A DNA stretch of 64,000 bases, from contig NC_089430.1 in the NCBI RefSeq assembly GCF_026210795.1, positions 3,658,001 to 3,722,000 on the forward strand. The letters are read 5' to 3'. This DNA is from Rhizophagus irregularis (Eukaryota). A program made the position numbers and the translations under genes. Below are positions 26,299 to 38,284 of the stretch, in pieces. The notes under the pieces are model-generated. The model was not told where the DNA came from. It saw only the letters and a list, made by a program, of their open reading frames with translations, and searched no databases. The first letter of the stretch is position 1. Every line of letters begins with the position of its first letter.

Positions 26299-29119
26299 AT
26301 GTTACGAAATAAACCTCGAAAAGCGAATATTGCTGCAATACCTTTTCGTATCCGTAATAATTTTAGAAGGTTGCCCAACAGATTTTTATTATCGGATAAT
26401 GATGACAATGAAAAAATGGTACAAAAAGATTTTGAAGATGATAATATTAGTGGCGAAGAGTATAATGAATATGGCGACGGAGATGATGATTTAGAACAAC
26501 GAAGTGATGATGATCATATAGAACAGCGAAGCGATAATGGTGATGATTTAGAACAACGAAGCAATGATGATCATTTAGAACAACGAAGCGATAATGATCA
26601 TTTAGAACAACGAAATGATAATGATGATGATTTAGAACAACGAAGCAATAATGAAGAAGGTGATACCAACATGATTTCAACATCATCAGAGAATGAAACA
26701 GAAAGCGATTATATAATGTCCTTAGAAAGTGATGAAGATTATGAAACAATGTCGTCAGATAATGAAAAAAGACATGATTCTGATATCTCAGAAGAAAAGC
26801 TATTCGTTGATGAAGCATTGGCTAAAGATAAGTTACCATCTTTTGATGGTGATTTTGCTCCATATTTTCAAAATTTAACTACTGCTGCTTTATTTTGTTG
26901 GATTTATAAACATAATATTTCAACAAATGCATATGAAGATCTTGTTGACATTATCATGAGACCAGAATTTAATAGAGATCATATTGTAAAGAATATTCGG
27001 AGATTTCGATCATGGAGGGAGCATCTTCCTCTTCCCTCAATATCAGCAAAATCTATCTCAATTTCATCAAAAAAAACACCATCAACTTTAAAGGATTCAA
27101 AGATGGCATATCAACTTTCAATAAGTGATATCATTTGGAATATTCTTAACAACCCATCACTATTAAAGGAAATGTATTTTGGTGCTGGTGTCGATTCAAA
27201 AACAAAATCCGAGTACTGGCATGGTACCTTATGGGCAGAGTCACCTCTTTTCGGTCAAGAACAATTAATGATATCAGGGGGTAATTATTTATTAAATGCA
27301 AGCTGATGGTAGAGAGGCGAAGCAATAAAGTACAAGAGACTAACACTTTTTTCATATGTATATAATAGAGATATACCAATGCGGCGATTTTGTTTACTAT
27401 TACGATAATGAGCGAAAACTTGGCAGATTGAGAGCGATATTATTAAATGAAGAGAACCAACAGTATCGGCTAAGAATCCAAAAAGTTCTAGATTATAGTG
27501 ACTTGCCTGGAAATTTTAAGGGAGAATTAAGGCAAAATCGCTCTCTTTCCGGAGAAGTTTGGTTACAAGATGAACCATTCTTGACAATAACAACATCACA
27601 AATTTCCGAAAAGGTTGCTGCAGATACACTACGAATTACCGAAATACTTTATAAACATCATACACACTGGCGCATTCGTGATGCAACGTTCTCTTATCAA
27701 CATCCTTCAGAATATATTTCCATAAGGCAGCCACCATCTCCAACAATTCCGGTTTATAAGCTGTTTTTGGACATATACTATGATGATTTTGGAACATTTA
27801 GGAATGTTTATCATTCGTTAGGAGGTGTTTATGTGCAGTTTGGAAATATGCCTGCCCGTCAAAGAAAGTTGCTCAAAAATCACTTTGTTCTCGGGTTTGT
27901 TCCTTTCGGTGGTAATTTCAATGAATTCATGTTGCCATTCATTTCTGAAATGAAAGAATTCGAACAAGGAAAATTAATGGAAGTGAATGGCCAAGATGCT
28001 TGGGTGATAGCTGGTTTAGGTGTCGTAACTGCTGATTTACCACAAGGGAATGACATGTGTGGTGTATTACGACATAATGCCAATAAAGGTTGCCGCACTT
28101 GTACAGCCTCTCGAGAATCACTTACCAACTTCTCTCAGGATGTACCAGCAACATCAAGATATCATCACATCACTGACGATCAATTTAAAGAGATATTTGA
28201 TGAACCTGCTACCACAAGGCAAAGACGACTTTGTACTGAGTTTGGACTAAGAACAAGGCCTAGCATTTTGGATAGGCTGCTAAGAGAAAGGCATCTACAG
28301 ACACCTCAAGATATATATCATGCAACTGCTGGGAAGATTTGACGACTTCTTAAATTAACGTATGATCTTAGAATTTAATTAACTTTAGCTAGATATGTAA
28401 CGAACAAAATCTTTTAATAAAGCTTTTTGATTTCCACAGGTGCGAATTATTTTCACAAAAAGGAGAGGACGAGTTTATCAAAGCCTGGAAGAACTTTGAG
28501 AAACCAAAAAAATGGTCTCGTTTGCCAAATCCAATTAGCCACAATGCCAGTTTCATGATGTCTGACTATCTTAGGCTCGCTATGATAATGCCTTTTATAC
28601 TTAATAGTTTTTTAGAATCATCAAGCTTAAAGGAAAATGAATCCAGAAGCATTCTGCGACGAATTCAAGAATCACGCATTAACATGGCGAAAAATGTAAT
28701 AATTGCTTGTTGGGTATATGTAGCAAAAACAATGAGGATAGTTTTTGAAAGCAAGTTTACATTAGATTCGTATGACGAATTACAAAAATGCCTTGAAGAA
28801 GAAATGAAAATTCTTCTAAAGGTACAATTATTCATAATTCTTATATAATTTTTTATTTTTTATTTATCAATATATAAAATATTATTTAATAATGTGGCTT
28901 TAGGTTTTCCCTGAATTTGCTAACTTACCAAACCTGCATATCAATATCCACTTGCTGGTGCATGCAAGGACTTATGGTACTCTTATAAACACTCAAGTTG
29001 GTATCAAAGAGATGGTGCATCGGATCTTTAAAGCAATGGTACCACGAACAAATTGCAAGAATGTCGAGCTAGACTTGTTAAAGCGGTATACTACTCTCTT
29101 TGCAATTCGTCATTTAGTA
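26299..29119 (+). pseudogene. CMC/EnSpm(Plavaka)-like transposase of the outer element, 5' part
   Basis: LDIYYDDFGTFRN..GGVY..GNMP..RK..N, VVTADLPQGND, GCRTC, PQDIYH, PNLH..H motifs. BAH-like GDFVYY segment. Introns ~27281-27368, 28360-28439 and 28822-28903. TGA at 28340. Cut at FAIRHLV by the nested element. Confidence 0.85.
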
Positions 29120-30149
29120 CTTTACTGAAATATTCAAATCTAAAATAATATCTTAACGATATCATTATGAGATCGTAACGATTTCATGACGATTTTCTAA
29201 AATGATAACATATTGATATAGTTACGACTCTCTTAACGATAACGTAATAATACTGTGACGATACAGTGAATGATAACAAAACGATATCATCCAGATATTT
29301 ATTGATACTGAAATAGCATCATTTTAGTATCAGCACGATATCATCGCAGCAATGATACAGTGACAATACAGTGAATGATAGCAAAACGATATTATCCTAA
29401 CACTAAGATAGCATCATTTTGGTATCAGCACAATATCATCGCAGCAATAATACAGTGACAATACGGTGAATGATAGCAAAACGATATTATCCCGACACTA
29501 AGATAGCATCATTTTGGTATCAGCACGATATCGTCGCAGTATTATTACATTATCATAACTGTATCAGCATGTTATCATTTAAAAATCGGCATAAAACCAA
29601 TATGTTCCCATATTGATGTCGTTGAGATGTATAGAAAACAACTAATGATTATTCAGAATATCAATCATGATATCTTAACGATATTTAAATGTTATCAGCT
29701 TGGTATTATGACAATAATTAAAGTATCAATTTTATTAATAATCAAAATTTACTTATTACATATCTGATCATAAATAATAATTACAACATCGTTACTAGTG
29801 AAATTACTAGAACTAACTTTATTTCCATAGTATATGTGAAATTTAAAGCATTTACAATTATTTAATAATACCATTCAGTTTTTAAGAAATACGTGTAATT
29901 AATAATAATACCTACCATACTTACCGAAAATAAGATGCAACAATTGCAGACACAAGTGCTGTTTTAACACATACTAAATCCCTGATGGACATGGAATGAT
30001 TGTTTTGATTTTACCGCCAAGTCTATGGAAGCAACATCTCCAATTGTTCCTAAAAATACTCTAGTTGAATATGATATAAAGATAACGAGTGAGTAATAAT
30101 ATAATTTACTTATAATTTTTGATATTATAAAAACTTTGTTTATTAATAA

Positions 30150-30327
30150 CCTTTTGCAATATTTTATCGCCAATAGTTCCGCGCTCCTTGATAGGTTGTT
30201 ACTTCTTGGATGGTTGATATACGCTACATATTTCGTGTTGTCGGTCTTGATCAATACTGTCTGATTGGAATGGCCCTGTATTATAGAAGGGAAAATAAAT
30301 TGCTCTTAGCTCCAGGTGATTGATCAT
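30150..30327 (-). pseudogene. DIRS-type RNase H fragment
   Basis: INHLELRAIYF..VLIKTDNTKYVAYINH resembles the DIRS RNase H motifs HINxLEL and DNTTxVAYIN. Confidence 0.7.
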
Positions 30328-30735
30328 CTAAAGAACGAAGTATTAGTATTAGCATCTCATTTTTAAAGAATAAAGAAAATCAAGACTTCGAAGTAGTAAA
30401 ACCTTCGAAATCTTTGTATAAACTCTGTCCAATGATCAAGAAACTTAGAAATATAAAAGTGAACGTTAGATAACATTTGTTAAAATTTTTTTTTTGAAGT
30501 TTACCTTCAAAGTAAAGTCCAGGTCCGAACCTTTGGTGATATGTGTCCTGGAACCAACAAAAAAAGCAAATGAAGACGTTAGTTAACGTTTCGTTTAAGT
30601 GAAAAATAAAAAAATCGGATTTATCAAGCTTACCTTCGAGTAACAGCCTGGAAGCCGTGAACCTACAAAAGAGAAACTGAAATGTTTAGCTTCATTTAAT
30701 TGAGAAACAATAAATAAAAGAATTTCAAAGTTACC
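30328..30735 (-). repeat. Array of 4 hairpin-bearing introns separating 3 micro-exons
   Basis: Minus strand: GAAG|GTAAC, TCGAAG|GTAAGCTTGA, TTTGAAG|GTAAACTTCAAA, TTCGAAG|GTTTTACTACTTCGAA. Branch hairpin AACGTTAACTAACGT. Pyrimidine tracts end in AG except one degenerate acceptor (TTG). Confidence 0.6.
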
Positions 30736-31370
30736 TTCTAGGTGTAGTAAACTTTCGTTTGGAAGAGTCACTGAGCCATTCACCCTTTTAGCTTCAAACT
30801 TCTTTTTCTGTCGCGAAGTAACGCCCCAGAATGCAATCGTGCTGGAAAATCTGAGTTCGCAGTTGCCACAATCTTTCCTATCAACGAGGCAAGTTTTCGT
30901 ACGGGAGAATTTTGAGTTGTTTCGCCTTCTGACATTCCCTCACTAAGCTCTTTATTTTGTGTTTTGGCAATTTAAGTGTTATTGCCTTTGAATCGAATTT
31001 TAAACCCTAAGTAATCGATCACCCGTGTAGGAGTTAGATAAGATTTGTTTTCGTTTACTATGAACCCATGGTTCTACTAGCAATTTTACGATAATCGAAG
31101 CATGGTCTTGAGCCTGTTCTTTTGATGAAGCCATTATCAACAGGTCGTTTAGATAATCCACTATCCTTATTCCCTGAGCTCGATATTCTGGGACTTGTTG
31201 TCAAGCCGAACGGTAAACATGAGGAAATCGAATGCAAAATATTTTCGTTGGAACTCTGCTAGCGATATGTGATAGAAAAAGCTTGATTGAGGTCGATAGT
31301 GACCATAAAATAGCCGCGTCTCAACAATGACTTTACTAGGTCTAGTACATCTTGAAGTGGTTGTATTGAA
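30736..31370 (-). pseudogene. DIRS-type (tyrosine-recombinase retrotransposon) reverse transcriptase fragment, frameshifted and internally deleted
   Basis: VKSLLRRGYFMVTIDLNQAF/YHISLAEFQRKYFAF..GIRIVDYLNDLLIMASSKEQA..GFIVNENKSYLTPTRVIDYLGFKI/DSKAITLKLPKHKIK..KLASLIGKIVA..PARLH..NGSVTLPNESLLHLE. Confidence 0.8.
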
Positions 31371-31863
31371 CACGTTAGAATTTTTGAAGATTTGTAGCTA
31401 CTTTCGTTATGCTGTTTAGCTCTGGCGGTTTGACTGGCCACCCTAGTTGTCGTTTCCCGCAGGTTGATTCTTCCCTTTCCAAGTATTACTCTCATTTCTT
31501 CCTTTATAGTTGTTGTCGTTAGGTTTTTTAATATTGTGAAAAAAAACAGTAGTTAATCTGAAAAATAACTTACTTCAAACTTCAAAGGTATCAAATTTCA
31601 AAGAAACTGGTAATTATTTAACTTTAAATAAATATTTAAAAATAAAAAGTTTGGCGTAGAGGGATTTTATCAGTAAAACAAAAAAACAAAAAATTTAAGG
31701 TTTTTATTGGTTAATCAGATCCAGTCACGTGAAATAGCATTGCTAAATCACGAATATGAAGATCGATCGCTAAATGCATTATTTTAAATAACACTAAATG
31801 ATACCACCATTAATTTCATCCTACTAATTACAAATAAATATAATAAAAGTCCTTATTATAAAG

Positions 31864-34800
31864 TCATATAGCAGTAAAAAAAAAATCATTTTTTATCCAG
31901 CATTCATTCGTTGCATCATAAACAAAGTGAACCTTTTGCACACGGTCAATTACTAATATTGGGAATATTCTTCTCCAACATGTATCATAGGTTGCCTGAA
32001 TACGATAAAGAGGACATTTCAATACATGGTGAACTCTCTTAATTTCTTCAAACCAATCAATAATAATAAATGCATAAAATTTATTATTGTTGGCTTTATA
32101 TTTGAAGATTCCTTTTATAATTGCATAACATTCATCATGATTTTCTTCTTGTATTGTTACAAAGTCACCAATATGAAGATGGATTTTGGAGAAGACACCA
32201 CTAGTAGTTTCTTCTATTATATAGGTTGCCAATTTATACCAACTCATTTGAGAATATATAAGTGCTGACTTAAATCCAATATCTTCAAATGAAAGGAGCA
32301 ACTCAGAATTGAAATGTGGCAAGTTCAACATAATATTTTCACGATCTTGTTGGGATACCCCCTTTTTTAAAGTAATATGTGTAATAAAGTTTACTGGAGA
32401 AGTTACTATAATAAAATTACAATGTATAAAATTAATCATTCAGTAATCAGATTTGAATTTTAAAAAAAAAATAGTATCAAAAAATTTTGCACAAATTTTT
32501 CTTGATTAGAATTACTTAGTAAATAATAAAATTACAATACAAACCATTATCTTGTTCATCATGTTCATTTGATGTTTCTTTGTTTTCAGTAATATACCAA
32601 TTGGTTAATATATGCCTAAAATTTGATGTCAGAGAAGCAAACCCATTACAACTTTGAGATAACCTATAATCTATACCACCATCTACTAGATGACGAATTG
32701 CAAAAAGTGTGGTATATCGTTTTAATAAATCTAATTCAATATTCTTGCGATTTGTCCGGGGTACCATTGCTTTAAAGACCCGGTGTACCATTTCTTTGAT
32801 ACCACATTGAGTATTTATAAGAGTACCATAAGTTTTTGCATGCATTAGTAAATGAACACTAACATGCAGATTTGGCAAGTTGACAAATTCAGAGAAAACC
32901 TAAAAATCATTTATTATTAGTAAATAATTAATTCAAATTGCTATACTAAGTAATTATTTATACCTTTGGAAGAATATTCATTTCTTCTTTAAGACTTTGC
33001 TGTAATTCTTCATAAGAATTTATTGTAAACTTGCTTTTAAAGACCATACTCATTGTTTTTGCTATATGAACCCAACAAGTTATTATTGTATTTTTTACTA
33101 AATTAATACGTGATGCACCAGTTCGTTGTTGGATGTTTTTTGCCTCATTATTCTTCAAACTAGTTATTTTTAAAAACCGATTTAATATGAAAGGCATTAT
33201 TATAGCAAGCCGAAGGTAATCAGACATCATAAAACTTTCCCGGTGGCTAATGGGATTTGGTATACGTGACCATGTCTTTGGTTTCTCAAAATCTTTTCAG
33301 GTTTTAATGAAATCATTTTCTCCTTCTTGTGAAAATAATTCACAAGTTAATTTGAGTAGACGTCCAATTTTTCCTGCAGTAACATGGTAAATATCTTGTG
33401 GTGTTTGCAAATGTCTCTCTCTTTTCAGTTCATCTAAAATATTAGGCTGTAATTTCAATCCATATTTCCTACTAAGTTGTTTTTTTTGAGAAATAACTGT
33501 TTCAGCAGATATTAAAGCAAATTCAGAATCTGTCAAGTGATGATATCGAGAAGTTAAAGCTATATTTTGAGTAAAATCAGTAAATGAATCTTTACTTATA
33601 GTACAACTTCTACACCCCTTATTAGCATTTTGTCGCAATACACCAGCCAAATCATTACCTTGGGGTAAGTCAGCTGTTACAACTCCTATGCTTGCAATTA
33701 CCCAAACATCCTGTCCTTGTATATTCATTACTTTTCCTTTTTCAAGTTCTTTTATTTCAGAAATAAAAGGTTTTATAAACTCATTAAAATCACCACCAAA
33801 TGGGACAAATCCAAGGACAAAGTGATTTTTAAGCAACTTCCTTTGATGACTTGGCATATTTCCAAATTGTATATAAACACCTCCTAATGAATGGTAGACA
33901 TTTCGGTATGTGCCAAAATCATCATAATAAAGATCCAAAAATAGTTTGCAGACTTTCATGGAAGGAGATGGTGGTGGTCTTGTTATGATATAATCAGCAG
34001 GATGTTTATATGAAAAATCTACATTACGAATGCGCCAGTAACTATTATGTCTATAAACTATTTCAGTAATATGCAATGTTTCTTCAGGAATGAGATTATG
34101 CTGGAATATCATCATCACAGTAGCTTTTTTAGAAATTTGTGATATTCCAATTATTTGAAAAGATAGGTCTTGTAACCAAACTTCACCAGTAAGAGAACGG
34201 TTCCATCTTAGTACTCCCTTAAAAGCTCCAGGCAAATCATTATAATATAGAACTTTTTGGATTCTTAGCTGATATTGCTTATCAACTTCATTCATTAATA
34301 TTGCTCTCAATCTACCAAGGTGCAATTGTTCATTATTGTCATTATCATAATAATAAATAAAATCTCCACATCTATATGTCTCTATTAGATATAAAAAAAC
34401 AATAGAATTATTTTACACAAATTATGAATAAGAATAAATAACAAATATGATTATATGATCATTACCTTGTAATATTGTTAATTGTTCTTGGCCAAAAAGG
34501 GGTGATTCTGCCCATAAAGTTCCATGCCAGTATTCAGATTTTATTTCTGAATGAATACCTGGACCAAAATACATATTATTAACTAATGATGGATTACTAA
34601 GGACATGCCAAATAATATCATTTATTGAAAGTTGATATGCTAATTTTGAGTTTTTAGAAGTTGATGGTGTTTTTTTTGATGAAATTGGGATAGATTTTGC
34701 AGATATTGAAAGAAGAGGAAGATGTTGCCTCCATGTTCGAAATCTTCGGATATTTCTTACAATATGATTCCTATTGAATTCTTGATTCATAATAATATCA

Positions 34801-35447
34801 ACAAGATCTTCATACGCATTTGTTGAGATATCATGTTTATGAATCCAACAAAATAAAGCAGCAGTAGTAAAATCTTGGAAATATGGTGCAAAATTGCCAT
34901 TAAAATTTGGTAAATTGCTTTCATCTAGCGCTCTATCAATGAATATTTTTTCCTCTGATGAGGGATTAGCAATATTTTCTCCGCTTTCTGAAGATGTTGT
35001 TGTATCACTTTGTGATGATGCATAAACATGGTTTTCACCTTCTAGAGATGTTCTTCCTGTATCGCTATTATAATCATCATATTCTTCGTTTTCTGAAGAT
35101 GCTGTATAATTATCATCATTTTCTGACGATGTTGCATAATCATCATTTCCTGCATTCCCATAATCATCATATTCTTCGTTTTCTGAAGATGCTGTATAAT
35201 TATCACTATTTTCTGATGATGTTGCATAAATATCATCATTTCCTGCATCCTCATCATCGTCATATTCTTCATTTTCTAATTGCATATCAACATTATAATT
35301 ATTTCGTTGTTCATTACTATTATCAAAATTGTCACTACCATTATCATCATTTGGTGGTACTATTGTACCTTGTGGTTGCCTTCTAAAATTATTTCGAATA
35401 CGAAAAGGTAATGTAGTAGTATCCCTTCGTGCTCTATTTCGCAACAT
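31864..35447 (-). CDS. CMC/EnSpm(Plavaka)-like transposase of the inner element; 4 exons, one nonsense codon
   Basis: Exons ~35447-34467, 34382-32964, 32899-32543 and 32411-31864. LDLYYDDFGTYRN, VVTADLPQGNDL, GCRSC, PQDIYH. TGA at 33297 where the outer copy has W. Colinear with 26299-29119 plus 44351-45102. Confidence 0.88.
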
Positions 35448-36515
35448 TGTTAACAATCAAAATCAAAATTCTAAATTTTTATGAATATACAAAAATTAAT
35501 GCCTTATTCGTATATTTGCTTATAATGCAATAAATATTATTATACTGACCTATACGGTGGCTATAGTGACTGAAATATACGTATGTTGACTGAGCTAAGC
35601 TGAAGCTGAATCTCTGAATCGCCAAGTAAAAAATACACCAATCTTTTTTATATTGATATCTTGAAATTCAACAAAATCCCGGTTTCACCTTAATATGTCC
35701 TTTTCTTGATAAGGATAATCAAAATACACAAACATATATGAGTCAAACACAACGGATGCATTTTTCTTGATAGAACGTGACACAATTATTTTAGTTGTAT
35801 TACTTTCGCATCGATCAAATCACAGCACGTAAATAAAATAAAAATATTACAATAAAACAATAAAATAAATATAATAATGTTTTTTAATATATGTAAATTT
35901 ATTAGTGAAGTTGGAAAAATAAATTTAAAGGGGAATAAAAGAATAAAAAGGAGACGATAAAGTTGGAAATATAAAATAAAAAAAAAGTCAAGCCAACACC
36001 GATTATCGGTGTGGTATGATACCAATGATTGTTACTTAACAATGTTAATGTATTTCGTACAGAATTGCATATAATTTATTTTAATTGTAAAACTATTGTA
36101 AAAATTGAAGTCTGCATAATTAAATAGTAATCGCGAATTAATCATCGGTAGATCAGTATTCTATATAAGGTTAAAATTTATATTGTTCTTCCTAGCCAGA
36201 AATCAATCGGTAAATTAAACTAAATAATAGTTATCAATCGGTATTATTAAATAAATCAGGTGACCTTGTAGTAATTACATCTACTTGCGTCACATAATCT
36301 ACAACATGCAGATTTTATCAAATATCACTTTAACAAAATTTATCATGCATCATCGTGTATTATTTGTTATTAAGAAAAAAGAATTCTCAATGATGATATT
36401 ACTTTATATATCATCACATCATACATCAATAATATTCTGTCACAACAATAATATCACACCAATAATTTTTATTACAATATATTGCAACTTCACTGCATTT
36501 TATTACATTTTTTTA

Positions 36516-38284
36516 TTAAAATTTCAGTGAGCTAGCAAAATTCTTTCCACTACGGGACGGAATTTCTAAATTTTCCGTATTTTTATCTAATCTTTTGATT
36601 TGATTATAGAAAGCCTTAGTGTTGGTTTCGTTCCTTTCCTCCCACGCAATACTAAAACATTCTCTCGAAAATTCAATTAGTTTGTCCATTGATATTTCTG
36701 AAATTTCAGATATATCAACCGCAGAAAAATAGCGGTTAAGAATTCTCTTAATAGCAACTTCACATGAAATAAAATTGGTAATCTCAACTTGAGTTTCTGT
36801 TTCTGTAATAGTTCCTCCTCTTTATAAAAAAAAGGAAAGAAATTCATATTGACATTAGTTATAAATACAATTATAAATGCAAATAATATTATATTGATTA
36901 CCTTTCTAATTTTTTTTGAAATTCTCAGACTAATTCTTCAATTGACACCCTAAGCTGATAACGATAGTCTGAAAAGGATTTTCTACATCGATCTATAATT
37001 GATTTTGCTGTGCTACTATAAGTTTCAAATTCGGGAAAAATTTTTCGTACTAGTTTTTCAAAAACGAGACCAGGTGGGAACCGAGATCTTAAAAAAAGAC
37101 ATTTTATTTCTTCATCGATTAACCTATATTTTTCCTAAATAATAATAAAAGTTTTTGTGAAATATTTATGAAAATTATAGTCACAACAACTGAATGTATC
37201 GATCGAAATACAATAAACGCTTACATTGGATGCGGTTGATGGCGCGTGTGCTGGCTGCTGCACTGCTAGTGCTAATTGTGACGTACTATCCTTCATATTT
37301 AACATTTGAGTGGCTAGCTGCAGGATATCCGGATGATCAACTAGCCAATTGCAGATTTGCAATTGGTTTGTCATCGATTCGAATTGGGGGGGAACTTGAC
37401 GTCATATTTATTTTATTAATAATAAATGAAGATATTTATGTATAACAAAATATTGTATTAAACAAGATTTTACCAGAATAGTTATCGTCTTCTTTTTCTC
37501 TATAATCTTGATCATCTTCTCTTTCATTTCTTCTCCTCTTAATTCTTTCTCTATTCTCTATTTCTCGTCCTTCTTGTTCTTGATGACGACAGAGGGGATT
37601 CTGACGTTCTCGTTCTTGTTCTTGACGACCACGGTGAGGATTCTGACGTTCTCGTTCTTGTTCTTGACGACCACGGTGAGGATTCTGACATTCTCGTTCT
37701 TGTTCTTGACGATCACGGTGGGGATTCTGACGTTCTCGTACTTCTTGTTCTTGACGATCACGGTGGGGATTCTGACGTTCTCGTACTTCTTGTTCTTGAC
37801 GACCATGGTGAGGATTCTGCTGATCTTTGGAAAGATCTTATCATTATTTATTATTGTTTTATTATTGTGTGTTATTATCGTTTGTTTTTAATAGTTTTTA
37901 AGTAAAAATTAATATCTTCAATTGTATATAATAAAATGCAAAATTCATTAAATTCATAAATTAAGATTCTATGACTGACCTCCGAGAAAATCTATTTCGT
38001 CATCCTCATTGCTTATTTCATCGTTAATTCCTCCATCCTCATCGTTAAATTCATCATTAACTTCTTCGTCTGTTCCCGATACAGTTTTTGCTCGACCTTG
38101 ATTAGTTTTCGCAGCTTTTGATTGACTTTGAGCAATTCCTGCAGCTTTAATTCGACTTGCCGCGGACTTTGACTTTTTAGTAGGTTCTGTTATATAGATA
38201 GCATTAAAACCGCTATTCAAAAATCAAAAAAAAATCAAAAAAAAAGGAACCAAAAAATATTCAAATATTACTTGATCGAACCAT
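36516..38284 (-). CDS. Cargo gene D: multi-exon paralog of gene C with NPHRDRQEQE(V)RERQ repeats
   Basis: TNQLQICNWLVDHPDILQLA, EEIKCLFLRSRFPP, KRILNRYFSAVDI, IPSRSGKNFASSLKF*. 42-45 bp repeats at 37575-37820. Confidence 0.75.

Noticed and set aside
37508..37891. Hydrophobic 'membrane protein' ORFs here and at 20969-21621 and 53900-54302
   Set aside because: Antisense or off-frame translations of charged repeats or T-rich low-complexity DNA.
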